A stretch of DNA of 61,312 nt, the filler included. It is 6 parts of 6 records of this genome, joined end to end, with 100 filler letters (N's around TTAATTAATTAA, not from the genome) between each part and the next. Parts side by side here need not be neighbours in the genome. Positions count along the whole stretch, not along the records: positions 41,208 to 53,008 come from DRR723986_707; positions 53,109 to 61,312 come from DRR723986_729; 4 more parts are not named here. One strand, given 5' to 3'. Positions within the stretch are counted from its first letter, which is position 1. Each line of letters begins with the position of its first letter. Of this stretch, positions 46,860 to 55,841 are shown in pieces. Position numbers and translations under genes: made by a program. Below the pieces are notes generated by a model. It saw nothing but the letters and a program-made list of their open reading frames with translations. It was not told where the DNA came from and made no database searches.

Positions 46860-47530
46860 GTTGTCCTGTCCATGGCATGCCGCAGACGGTCCAGCGCCAG
46901 CCGGATCCGGGACTTGATCGTCCCCAGCGGCAGGCCGGTCACATCCGCGATCTCGCTGTGCGAGAGCTCTCCGAAATAGGCTTTCTCGATAAGGTCGCGT
47001 TGTTTGGCGGGAAGTTCGGCGATGGCCCGGCCAAGGGTCTCGCTGTCCTGTTGCAGGCCCAGCGTGGTTTCCTGATCCGGCTCCGCCTCGGGTCCCCAGC
47101 CAAGGTCTTCCGGCTCTGGCCGCTTCTGACGGCGCAGAAGGTCGATGCGCCGGTTGCGGGCGATCGTGAAGATCCATGTCGCCACGGAGGCACGGGCGGG
47201 GTCGAACTGCCCGGCCTTGCGCCAGACCGTCGTCATCACGTCCTGCACACATTCCTCTGCCGTCGTGGCATCGGCCCCGGACTTTATCAGGAAACCCTTG
47301 ATGCGGGGCGCGAAGTGCCGGAACAGCGCGACAAAGGCCTCTTCATCCGCGTGATCGCGGATCCGGGCGACGGCTTCGGCCCAGAGAGCGTTGTCGGAAG
47401 TCGGGTCGGGCACCTTCGAGATGTCGTCTTTCCTTCGTCCTGCATGACCAACCCGCAATCCGGACGCGGCGACGGAGGTCGCGGCAGCAGAAGAGCCTTC
47501 GGCGGGCTGGGTGTCGGTCATGGCGAACAT
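46856..47530 (-). CDS. rpoE: RpoE (sigma-E, ChrR-associated ECF); start codon uncertain
   Basis: DEEAFVALF.HFAPRIK, VWRKAGQFDPARAS..TWIFTIARNR.ID, LGTIKSRIRLAL; coupled to chrR. Confidence 0.93.
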   Translation of the reverse strand: MFAMTDTQPAEGSSAAATSVAASGLRVGHAGRRKDDISKVPDPTSDNALWAEAVARIRDHADEEAFVALFRHFAPRIKGFLIKSGADATTAEECVQDVMTTVWRKAGQFDPARASVATWIFTIARNRRIDLLRRQKRPEPEDLGWGPEAEPDQETTLGLQQDSETLGRAIAELPAKQRDLIEKAYFGELSHSEIADVTGLPLGTIKSRIRLALDRLRHAMDRTT

Positions 47531-47538
47531 AACCGCTA

Positions 47539-47565
47539 TACGCGGCAAGGGCAGGGGGTGGATCA
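47539..47565 (-). promoter_or_regulatory. Sigma-E autoregulated promoter of rpoE
   Basis: TGATCC-N17-CGTA on the minus strand. Confidence 0.75.
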
Positions 47566-47620
47566 AAAAAGAAACCGGCTCTCTGCATCGGGGGCTTTTT
47601 CGCCGTCGAGGTGGAAAAAC

Positions 47621-47646
47621 TCATCCGAACGGCGCCGCAACGCGTA
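47621..47646 (+). promoter_or_regulatory. Sigma-E promoter of the divergent operon
   Basis: TCATCC-N16-CGTA. Confidence 0.7.
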
Positions 47647-47679
47647 AAGGTTGGAAAGACGACACAACAAGGACCTGTC

Positions 47680-48975
47680 ATGCCATTCGAAGCCTCGCCG
47701 CAAGGCCCCCGCCGCATCGCTGTCATCGGGGGGGGAATCTCCGGCATGGGCGCCGCCTACAGTCTGGCTCGGGACCACCATGTCACCCTGATCGAGGCAG
47801 AGCCCGCTCTTGGCGGCCACGCCCGCACCCGTCTTGCCGGACGCCATGGCGACCAGCCCGTCGACACCGGCTTCATCGTTTTCAACAAGCCGAACTACCC
47901 GCATCTGACCGCGCTTTTCGAAGAACTGGACGTGCCGGTGGTGAAATCCGACATGACCTTTTCCGCAAGCCTCGGCGGCGGTGCGATGGAATACGGGCTC
48001 CGCAACATGCGGGCGGTCTTTGCGCAGCGTCGCAACGCCTTCAACCCGCGCTTCCTGATGATGATCCGCGACATCCTGCGCTTCAATGCCCGCGCGCTGG
48101 ATGCGGCGAACGATCCGAACCAGTCGCTTGGGGATTTCCTGCGGGTCATGGGCACCGGGGACTGGTTCCGCGATTACTACCTGCTGCCGCTTTCGGGGGC
48201 GATCTGGTCGACGCCCACCGAAAAGGTGCTCGAGTTCCCGGCCCATGCACTGGTGCGGTTCTTCGAAAACCACGCCCTGCTCAGCCACAGCGGGCAACAT
48301 CAGTGGTATACGGTTCAGGGCGGGTCCGTCGAATATGTCCGGCGTCTGGCAGCGGCGCTTGCCGCACGCGGCGTGGTCCTGCGCACCGGCAGCCCGGTCG
48401 AGGGCGTCCGGCGGCTCGAGGGCGGCGCCGAGGTGCGGATGCGCGGCGGCGCGTGGGAGCGGTTCGACGAGGTCGTCCTTGCCACCCATACCGACGTCAG
48501 CCTGTCGCTGCTGTCCGATGCGCGCCCCCACGAACGGGCGGCCTTGGCGAAATTCGCCTATCAGCCGAACCGCGTGGTGCTGCACGCCGATACGTCGCTG
48601 ATGCCGAAACGGCGCGTGTGCTGGTCTTCGTGGAATTACACGGAGACCGCGAAGAAGCAGATGAACCAGATCGACCTGACCTACTGGATGAACTGCCTGC
48701 AGCCGATTCCCAAAAGCGATCCGCTGTTCGTCACGCTGAATTCCACCCGCGAGATCCGCGAAGAGCTGATCCACGACGAGGTGACGCTGCACCATCCGGT
48801 CTACGATCTGAACGCGCTGGACGCGCAGCGCGAGGTCTCTGGCTTCAACGGGGCCGAGAACACGTGGTTCTGCGGCGCATGGATGCGCAACGGGTTCCAC
48901 GAGGACGGGTTGGCCAGCGGCATCGCCGTGGCCGATGCGATCAGCGCCCGCTCTGCCATGGAGCAGGCGGCATGA
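47680..48975 (+). CDS. FAD-dependent oxidoreductase, RSP_1091/UfaD-like
   Basis: GGGISG, GGHART, VDTGFIVFN..NYP, GAW..NGFHEDG; divergent from rpoE-chrR. Confidence 0.9.
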   Translation: MPFEASPQGPRRIAVIGGGISGMGAAYSLARDHHVTLIEAEPALGGHARTRLAGRHGDQPVDTGFIVFNKPNYPHLTALFEELDVPVVKSDMTFSASLGGGAMEYGLRNMRAVFAQRRNAFNPRFLMMIRDILRFNARALDAANDPNQSLGDFLRVMGTGDWFRDYYLLPLSGAIWSTPTEKVLEFPAHALVRFFENHALLSHSGQHQWYTVQGGSVEYVRRLAAALAARGVVLRTGSPVEGVRRLEGGAEVRMRGGAWERFDEVVLATHTDVSLSLLSDARPHERAALAKFAYQPNRVVLHADTSLMPKRRVCWSSWNYTETAKKQMNQIDLTYWMNCLQPIPKSDPLFVTLNSTREIREELIHDEVTLHHPVYDLNALDAQREVSGFNGAENTWFCGAWMRNGFHEDGLASGIAVADAISARSAMEQAA

Positions 48976-49748
48976 CCGAGGTGCGTCTCTTGCGCGGCCA
49001 CACCTACCACGGGCGCAAGGGCGCGGTGGAGAACGGGTTTCGCTATTCCATCGACTACGTGCTGCTGGACGCCGAGGCGTCGGCGGGCGGGCCACGCCTC
49101 TTTGCCCGCAACGGCGCCGGGCTGATGGCGCTGCACGACAGCGACCACGGCGGGCCACCCCGGCAGGGGCGCGGCGCGGTCTGGGCGCGCGAGGTTCTGG
49201 CCGCTCACGGGATCGCGGCGGGCCGGCTGATGCTGCTTGCGCAACCCCGGCAGCTTGGCCATGTCTTCAACCCGGTGTCCTTCTGGCTGGCCTATGAGGG
49301 GTCGGACCTGCGCGCGGTGATTGCCGAGGTGACGAACACCTTCGGCGACCGGCATTCCTATCTTTGCACGGCGCCCGACGGCGGTGCGATCCGGCCCGGC
49401 ACCCGCATCGAGGCGCGCAAGCTCATGCATGTCTCGCCCTTTCAGCCGATCGCGGGGGGCTATGTCTTCCAGTTCGACATCCGCCCCGATCATGTCGGCA
49501 TCCGCATCGACTATACGCACGGCGAGGGCGGCGTGGTCGCCACGCTCGTCGGCCCGCTGGTGCCGCTGACGAACCGCGGCATTCTGTGGTCGGCCCTGCG
49601 CCGGCCGCTTGGCGCGCGGCGGGTGCTCGGTCTGATCCACTGGCAGGCGCTGAAGCTTTGGTGGAAGGGCGCGCGATACCGCCCCCGCCCCGAAGCCCCC
49701 GGCGCCGAGGTCAGCACCGGCGCCGCCCGCCTCGGAGAGGTCTCGTGA
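48972..49748 (+). CDS. DUF1365 protein, RSP_1090/UfaO-like
   Basis: FNPVSFW, EVTNTFGDRHSY, K.MHVSPF, IHWQALKLW.KG. Confidence 0.92.
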   Translation: MTEVRLLRGHTYHGRKGAVENGFRYSIDYVLLDAEASAGGPRLFARNGAGLMALHDSDHGGPPRQGRGAVWAREVLAAHGIAAGRLMLLAQPRQLGHVFNPVSFWLAYEGSDLRAVIAEVTNTFGDRHSYLCTAPDGGAIRPGTRIEARKLMHVSPFQPIAGGYVFQFDIRPDHVGIRIDYTHGEGGVVATLVGPLVPLTNRGILWSALRRPLGARRVLGLIHWQALKLWWKGARYRPRPEAPGAEVSTGAARLGEVS

Positions 49749-50311
49749 TGGCGCTTGCGTGGACGGCGTTCGGCATCGCCCTCGCGCTTGCGCTGGTTTG
49801 GCTTGCAGGCCGCTTCACGGGGTTCGGCGCGCAGCGGCCCGAGGATTACGCGCAGGCGGGCGGCGAGGCCTTCGACCTGCGGCGCCACCTCGACGGGCCG
49901 CTGGTCTGCGATGGCGTGATCTACGGGCCCACGGGCCGCGTCGTCTCTCGGTTCACCGGGGATTTCGACGTGCGCTGGGACGGCGATTGCGGCGTCATGA
50001 CAGAGGTCTTCCGCTACGAATCCGGCAAGATCCAGCACCGCGAATGGCGGCTGACGCTGGATGACGCGGGGCAGATCACGGCCCACGCGGACGACATTCC
50101 CGGCGAGGGGCGCGGCTGGCAGAGCGGTCCGGCCGTGCTGTTGCGGTATCGCATCCGGCTGGAAGAGGACTCGGGCGGTCACGTTCTCGATGCGACCGAC
50201 TGGATGTATCTGACCCCGGCGGGAACCATCGTGAACCGCAGCCGGTTCCGGAAGTTCGGGATCACGGTGGCCGAGCTTGTCGCCACCATGCGCCGCAAGG
50301 AGGCCGTGTGA
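49748..50311 (+). CDS. DUF3833 family protein (RSP_1088-like)
   Basis: FDL...L.G, E.F.Y..G..Q.REW, DWMY, KFG. Confidence 0.85.
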   Translation: MALAWTAFGIALALALVWLAGRFTGFGAQRPEDYAQAGGEAFDLRRHLDGPLVCDGVIYGPTGRVVSRFTGDFDVRWDGDCGVMTEVFRYESGKIQHREWRLTLDDAGQITAHADDIPGEGRGWQSGPAVLLRYRIRLEEDSGGHVLDATDWMYLTPAGTIVNRSRFRKFGITVAELVATMRRKEAV

Positions 50312-51039
50312 TGGACTGGACCGGAAAACGCTACTGGCTGGTGGGCGCCAGCGACGGGCTGGGCGAGGCGCTGGCCCGCAAGTTGAGCGCGGCAGGCTGC
50401 GCCCTCGTGTTGTCGGCCCGCTCCAAAGACAAGCTGACGGACCTTGCGGAAAGCCTGCCGGGCAAGGCCGATGTCGTCCCGGTCGACGTGACCGATGCGC
50501 AGGGCCTGCAGGCCGCCTACCGCGACATGGGAGAGATCGACGGCGTGGTGCAGCTGGCCGGGGTCTATTGGCCCTTCGGCGCCAAGGATTGGGACGCCGA
50601 GCAGGCGACGACCATGGCCGAGGTCAATTTCGTCGGCGCGATGAACCTGATGGGCGCGGTGGTGCCGCATTTCGTCCAGCGCGACCGGGGGCATATCGTG
50701 CTGACCGGCTCCCTGACCGGCTACCGTGGCTTGCCGCGCTCTGCGCCCTACACCGCCTCGAAGGCGGGCATCATGGCGCTGGCGGAATCGCTCCACGCCG
50801 ATACGCGAGGCTCCGGCGTACGGGTGCAGCTGTTGAACCCGGGTTTCATCAAGACGCGACTGACCGACAAGAACGACTTCAAGATGCCCTTCATCATGGA
50901 GCCGGAAAAGGCCGCCGACATCGTGATGAAACATATGGATACGGGCGGCTTCCAGCGGGCCTTTCCCTACGGCTTCGGCCTGCTGTTCCGGGCCGCGCAG
51001 TTCCTGCCGGACGCGCTGTACTACCGGCTGTTTGCTTAG
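50308..51039 (+). CDS. SDR oxidoreductase (RSP_1087-like)
   Basis: GASDGLG, YTASK, NPGFIKTRLT.KN.F.MP. Confidence 0.92.
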   Translation: MMDWTGKRYWLVGASDGLGEALARKLSAAGCALVLSARSKDKLTDLAESLPGKADVVPVDVTDAQGLQAAYRDMGEIDGVVQLAGVYWPFGAKDWDAEQATTMAEVNFVGAMNLMGAVVPHFVQRDRGHIVLTGSLTGYRGLPRSAPYTASKAGIMALAESLHADTRGSGVRVQLLNPGFIKTRLTDKNDFKMPFIMEPEKAADIVMKHMDTGGFQRAFPYGFGLLFRAAQFLPDALYYRLFA

Positions 51040-51095
51040 GATCAAGGCGCGCGAACCGCGCACAGTCCATGCTGCTCTCATCGAAGGGACGCGAC

Positions 51096-51425
51096 ATGGA
51101 AAAGATCAGCACAAGCAAGGTGGCCGCGGTCATCGTCATGGCCCGCGAGTTGGAGCGGGCAGAGCCCGAGTTGCGCGCGCTCGTCGAGCGGATGGACGAG
51201 GAAGAGCAGGCCGCGCTCGTCGCCATCATGTGGATCGGGCGGGGCGCGTTCGAGGCCGAGGAGTGGGACGAAGCCTACGCCACCGCCACCGACGAGGCCA
51301 CGACCCCCACGGCGGATTACCTCATCGGCACGCCGCATCTGTCCGATCACCTCGAATCGGGGATGGAGGCGCTGGGCTTCGATCCGACCGACGAGGAAGA
51401 CGCCCTGATGACGCGCGGCGCCTGA
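51096..51425 (+). CDS. DUF3775 family protein
   Basis: LVA.MWIGRG.F..EEW, YL.GTP.L.D.LE.G. Confidence 0.85.
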   Translation: MEKISTSKVAAVIVMARELERAEPELRALVERMDEEEQAALVAIMWIGRGAFEAEEWDEAYATATDEATTPTADYLIGTPHLSDHLESGMEALGFDPTDEEDALMTRGA

Positions 51426-51458
51426 GGCTCGGAAGCGCGGGCCGCGGATAACGCGGGA

Positions 51459-52712
51459 TCAGCGCAGCGCGCGGCCTTTCAGGATGGCGTTTTCGCCAAA
51501 GCGCGCGCGGATCGCGTCGGTCGCCTTTTCGGCCTGCCTGCGGGCGCGGGCCTGCGGGTCCAGCAGGTCCTCTACCAGATCGGCGCGATCCTCGGGGACG
51601 AGCTCCGACAGCCCCGTACCAATCAAGCGGAACGGCCCCTGATCCGCGACCTGATCGAACAACCCGCGCGACACGCGGTAAAGCCGGTCGGCGGTCTGTG
51701 TGCAGTCCGGCAGCGACTGCCGCCGTGTCAGGGTGCGGAAATCGGCGCGTTTGAGCTTCAGCGTCACGGTGCGCCCGGCCAGCCCCTTCGCCTTCGCCCG
51801 GTCGGCGACCTGCTCCGAAAGCCGCCAGAGGTGGCCGTCGAGGATGTCGGAATCGGCGGTGTCCTCGTTGAAGGTCGTCTCTTTCGAGATCGACTTGACC
51901 GGCGCGTTGCGGGTCACGCGGCGCCGGTCCTCGCCCCGGGCAAGATGCCAGAGCCGCTCTCCCATGCCGCCGAAGCGGTGGATCAGGTCGTCCTTCTGCC
52001 AGCGCAACAGGTCGTCGAAAGTGCGGATGCCCGCCTTGTCCAGCGCCTGCTGGCTGACCTCTCCGACGCCCCAGATCAGCCGGATCGGCTTGGGGCGCAG
52101 AAAGGCCTGCGTCTCCGCGCGCCCGATCACGGCGAAGCCATGCGGCTTGTCCAGATCCGAGGCGATCTTGGCGAGGAACTTGTTGTGCGACAGCCCGATG
52201 GAGCCGGTCAGCCCCAATTCGTCCCGCATCCGCTTTATCAGTCGGGCCAGCATGACGGCGGGGGGCGCGCCGTGCAGGCGTTCCGTGCCGGTCAGGTCGA
52301 TGAAGGCCTCGTCCAGCGACAGCGGTTCGATGGCGGGGGTCAACTCCTCCATCATGGCGCGGATCTGGCGACTGACCTCGGCGTAGACCGCGCCGCGCGG
52401 CTTGACCACCACGGCGTCGGGGCAGAGTTGCAGCGCCTTGAACATCGGCATGGCAGAGCGCACCCCGCGCACCCGCGCCACGTAGCAGGCGGTCGAGACC
52501 ACGCCACGCCGCCCGCCGCCGATGATCACCGGCTTGTCGCGCAGCTCGGGGTTGTCGCGCTTTTCGACACTTGCATAGAAGGCGTCGCAATCCATGTGGG
52601 CAATGGACAGCGTGAAGAGTTCGGGATGCACAAGGATGCGCGGTCTGCCACACTCGGGGCAGCGGGGGCCGGATTCGAACCGGGCAAGGCAATCGCGACA
52701 CAGGGCAGGCAT
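51459..52712 (-). CDS. dinB: DNA polymerase IV
   Basis: HMDCDAFYASVE, CYVAR..GV.SAMP, SLDEA, K.ASD..KP; N-terminal CxxC..CPEC. Confidence 0.96.
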   Translation of the reverse strand: MPALCRDCLARFESGPRCPECGRPRILVHPELFTLSIAHMDCDAFYASVEKRDNPELRDKPVIIGGGRRGVVSTACYVARVRGVRSAMPMFKALQLCPDAVVVKPRGAVYAEVSRQIRAMMEELTPAIEPLSLDEAFIDLTGTERLHGAPPAVMLARLIKRMRDELGLTGSIGLSHNKFLAKIASDLDKPHGFAVIGRAETQAFLRPKPIRLIWGVGEVSQQALDKAGIRTFDDLLRWQKDDLIHRFGGMGERLWHLARGEDRRRVTRNAPVKSISKETTFNEDTADSDILDGHLWRLSEQVADRAKAKGLAGRTVTLKLKRADFRTLTRRQSLPDCTQTADRLYRVSRGLFDQVADQGPFRLIGTGLSELVPEDRADLVEDLLDPQARARRQAEKATDAIRARFGENAILKGRALR

Positions 52713-53008
52713 GGCATCAATCTACAGCAGCACGGAAACAATCTACAGCAGCACGGAAACGGGCGCCACAGAGGCCGCACGCCGATCCTTCGCCGGTTCG
52801 AAGGTGATGGTGTTCTGTGGGGATTGGATGCCGATCCTCCGCCGCGATCACACGCCGGGCATTCCCTGGCCGGGGTATCTGGACTTCCCCGGAGGCGCGC
52901 GGGAGCATGAGGAAAGCCCGGAGGCCTGCGGCATCCGGGAAACGCGGGAAGAAATCGGCCTGCGGCTCAAGCCCGGCGATCTGCGGCTCGTCCGGCTGTA
53001 CCAAGGGG
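52711..53008 (+). CDS. NUDIX hydrolase, 3'-truncated; start uncertain
   Basis: PGGARE..ESPEAC..RETREEIG Nudix box. Confidence 0.85.
52718..52760. repeat. Perfect 21-bp tandem duplication
   Basis: AATCTACAGCAGCACGGAAAC x2. Confidence 0.95.
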
Positions 53009-53108
53009 NNNNNNNNNNNNNNNNNNNNNNNNNNNNNNNNNNNNNNNNNNNNTTAATTAATTAANNNNNNNNNNNNNNNNNNNNNNNNNNNNNNNNNNNN
53101 NNNNNNNN
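53009..53108. other. Artificial contig spacer
   Basis: N-run with TTAATTAATTAA. Confidence 0.99.
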
Positions 53109-53342
53109 CTTGATCGTCTTGTTCAGCGCGTGGCCGATGTGCAGGTGGCCGTTCGCATAGGGCGGGCCGTCGTGCAGGGTGAAGGGCGTCCGCCCCTCCT
53201 TCTCGCGCAGGCGGTCGTAGACGCCGATCTCTTCCCAGCGCGCCAGCCACGCGGGTTCGCGCTTGGGCAGCCCCGCGCGCATGGGGAAATCGGTCTTCGG
53301 CAGATTCAGGGTGTCTTTGTAGTCGGGCGTCTCGGCGCACAT
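53109..53342 (-). CDS. ileS: Isoleucyl-tRNA synthetase, 5' fragment
   Basis: [34 protein letters not shown]. Confidence 0.96.
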
Positions 53343-53428
53343 GGGCCTTGTCCTCGGAAACGGAAGTCTGGTTCAGGGGGTGCGTGCGGCGCGGTATCCC
53401 ATACGCCTTGTCCCGGCAGTCTGAGCGT

Positions 53429-53479
53429 TCAGAGTGCCGGGCACGTAATTCGAATGATGAAAGCCATGGGGGTCATCAT
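53429..53479 (-). CDS. Candidate Ile-rich leader peptide MMTPMAFIIRITCPAL
   Basis: Codons ATC-ATT-CGA-ATT upstream of ileS, overlapping a strong hairpin. Confidence 0.55.
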   Translation of the reverse strand: MMTPMAFIIRITCPAL

Positions 53480-53485
53480 GCGCGC

Positions 53486-53514
53486 CTTATAGGCGGTGCG
53501 GCGCCAAGGGTCCA
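53486..53514 (-). promoter_or_regulatory. Sigma70-like promoter of the ileS leader
   Basis: TGGACC-N17-TATAAG; predicted +1 coincides with the leader ATG at 53479. Confidence 0.55.
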
Positions 53515-53759
53515 GAGACCTCGGATGCGGGCGGGAACCTGCCTTGTCCCGCGAGGGCTGCGGCGGAAATCCCCCGCCCTCCGTGGCGCTGCGGTGCGGC
53601 ACGGCTGGAACCCGCGCGCGGCGGGGCGCCGTTCCGGCGGCTCCGGGCCGATGGCGGCGGGTCCTGGCACCAAGTCTTCCGAGGCGGCGTTTCCCTGTCA
53701 TGTTCAGCACAGCGGCATCGGGCCCTGCCCCTTCCGCACCCGACAGGAGGAAACACACC

Positions 53760-54107
53760 ATGACCTATCAGACCCACGATCCCTACCACCAACGCCACGA
53801 CGCCCGGCTGGAGCATCACGCCGCCACCGGCGCCCGCCTGCCCACCACGCGCTCCAACTCCGGCACCGTCATCGGCATCCTCGTCGCCCTTGCCCTGCTG
53901 GTCGGCCTTGGCGTCATGCTGTCGCTGGGGCCGGAAGCGACGACCACGCCGGTCGATGCGCCCGACGCCCCCGCCGCCACGCAGCCCCTGACGCAGGATG
54001 GTGCGACGCCCTCGGTCGCGGACCCGGCAGCCGCGCCGGCGGCCGAAGACGACGCGGCCCCCGCCCCGGCGGCCCCCGAAGCGGCAGCCCCCGCCGCGAC
54101 GGAGTAA
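53760..54107 (+). CDS. Small single-TM protein with Pro/Ala-rich tail
   Basis: AGGAGG RBS, one TM helix, followed by a terminator. Confidence 0.75.
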   Translation: MTYQTHDPYHQRHDARLEHHAATGARLPTTRSNSGTVIGILVALALLVGLGVMLSLGPEATTTPVDAPDAPAATQPLTQDGATPSVADPAAAPAAEDDAAPAPAAPEAAAPAATE

Positions 54108-54131
54108 CCCGGACAGCGGTGACAGGACCGG

Positions 54132-54161
54132 AACGGCGCGCCTTCAGGGCGCGCCGTTTTT
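54132..54161 (+). terminator. Rho-independent terminator
   Basis: AACGGCGCGCC-TTCAG-GGCGCGCCGTT followed by TTT. Confidence 0.8.
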
Positions 54162-54329
54162 CATGGGTCCAAGTCCGAAAGAATGGGCGCGCCCGTCAGG
54201 TCCAATCCCGAAAGGGGCTTTTTCCGGTACGCGGCAGGGTCGCTCTGCCCCCGTGGATCGCCATTCCTTCACGCTTTGGCAAACCCGGGCGGCGAACGGG
54301 TTCCGACGCAACCGCCGGTCCCGGCGCCC

Positions 54330-54932
54330 TCAGGCGAGCCCGCGATCCCGGGCGATCATCGCCGCATGGGTGCGGTTGCGTGCCTCCAGCTTGCGGGACA
54401 GCGTCTTTACGTGCAGCTTCACCGTGACCTCCTGCAGATTGAGATCGCGGGCGATTTCCTTGTTGGCCTTGCCCTCGCAGATGCCGCGCAGCACCTCGAG
54501 TTCCCGCCGTGTGAGCGGGCCGCCCTTCTCCTCGGGCTGCTGCTGGAGGAACTCGACCGGCACATAGGTCTCGCCCGCGGCCATGAAGCGCGCGGCGCTC
54601 AGCAGGGAGCGCGCGCTCAGCGTCTTGGGGATGAACCCCCGCGCCCCGGCCTTCAGCGCCGCATCGGCGATCTCGCGCGTGGCGCTGCCCGACAGGATGG
54701 CGACCGGGCGCCCGTCATTGGCCGCCTGCATCCGCGTCAGACCTTCCAGCCCGTTCATCCCCGGCATGTTGTAATCCAGCAGGACCAGATCGAAAGCGCC
54801 GTTCTGATCCACCGCCGTCAGCGCCTCGTCGAGGGTGGCGACCGTGTGCACCTCTTCGACCTCGGTGCTGTTGAGGTAGGCGGCGATGGTCTCCCGCACG
54901 AGGTCGTGATCGTCCGCCACGAGTATTCGCAT
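54330..54932 (-). CDS. NarL/LuxR family response regulator
   Basis: MRILVADDH, LLDYNMPGM, LT.RE.EVL, NKEIA, TVK.H. Confidence 0.95.
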   Translation of the reverse strand: MRILVADDHDLVRETIAAYLNSTEVEEVHTVATLDEALTAVDQNGAFDLVLLDYNMPGMNGLEGLTRMQAANDGRPVAILSGSATREIADAALKAGARGFIPKTLSARSLLSAARFMAAGETYVPVEFLQQQPEEKGGPLTRRELEVLRGICEGKANKEIARDLNLQEVTVKLHVKTLSRKLEARNRTHAAMIARDRGLA

Positions 54933-55244
54933 AGTGTCTGTCCTGCTTCCCGCCCCGTCTGGGCTGCGTCGCCGTTCCAGCATCCTTGCCTCCATACAGG
55001 AACCGCCCGGGTGCGACACGCGCACTGTACCAGAGGGGTATGACCCTGCGGGGTTAAGAACCTGTTCAATATGACCGGCCACCGCTTGCGCCATGCCCGG
55101 GGGTTTCCGAGTGTTCGTTCCGTGAAGTAGCATCCCCCTCGACTATGCGAAAGCACAGTATGACTTGCCGGCCCGACATGTTGTAATCCGAGACCGCTCC
55201 GACGATTGTCCCGACAACCGCCCCGAACAGACGGACCCTGCCCC

Positions 55245-55757
55245 ATGCCCCCCATTCCGCGCCGCGCCCTGCTGGCCTTCCTTGCCGCAACCTTGGCCTG
55301 CACGTTTGCCGCGACGGCGCAAACCCTCCCGCAACCGGAAGGCCCGGTGATCCTCACCGTCTCGGGGCTGCCCGACGGGCAGGACGGGTCGGTGCGCTTC
55401 GACCGCGAGCAGCTTCGGACCCTGCCCGCCACCACCTACCGGACCTCCACCATCTGGACGCAGGGCGAGCAGGCCTTCACCGGCGTCACGCTGCGCGACC
55501 TGATGGCGGCGCTGGGCGTAGAGGGGCAGTCCCTGCGCGCCCATGCGATCAACGACTACGCCATCGACATCCCGTGGACCGATGTGGCCGACGGCTCTGC
55601 CCTGCTGGCCTACGACCGCAACGGCGAGGCGATGTCGGTCCGCGACAAGGGGCCCTTGTGGATCGTCTATCCCTATGACAGCGACGTGACCTTCCGGGGC
55701 GAGACCTACCACGCCCGCAGCATCTGGCAGCTCGACCGGATCGTCGTGACGGACTGA
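55245..55757 (+). CDS. Periplasmic truncated sulfite-oxidase-fold protein (COG3915, PruR-like)
   Basis: Signal peptide, T.TIW, FTGV.L, A.NDY, RDKGPLWIVYPYD, SIWQL. Confidence 0.8.
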   Translation: MPPIPRRALLAFLAATLACTFAATAQTLPQPEGPVILTVSGLPDGQDGSVRFDREQLRTLPATTYRTSTIWTQGEQAFTGVTLRDLMAALGVEGQSLRAHAINDYAIDIPWTDVADGSALLAYDRNGEAMSVRDKGPLWIVYPYDSDVTFRGETYHARSIWQLDRIVVTD

Positions 55758-55841
55758 CCGCGCCGACTGGCGATTTCCGGTGCGCCCGGGCCGCAAAGGC
55801 CCTAGGGTGCCGCCCGGCAGCAACGGGAGCCCCGGACAGAG

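Noticed and set aside
47511-49748. 745-aa ORF suggesting a fused DUF1365
   Set aside because: The upstream part is an alternative frame over the FAD enzyme; the real start is the ATG at 48972 (ATGA coupling)
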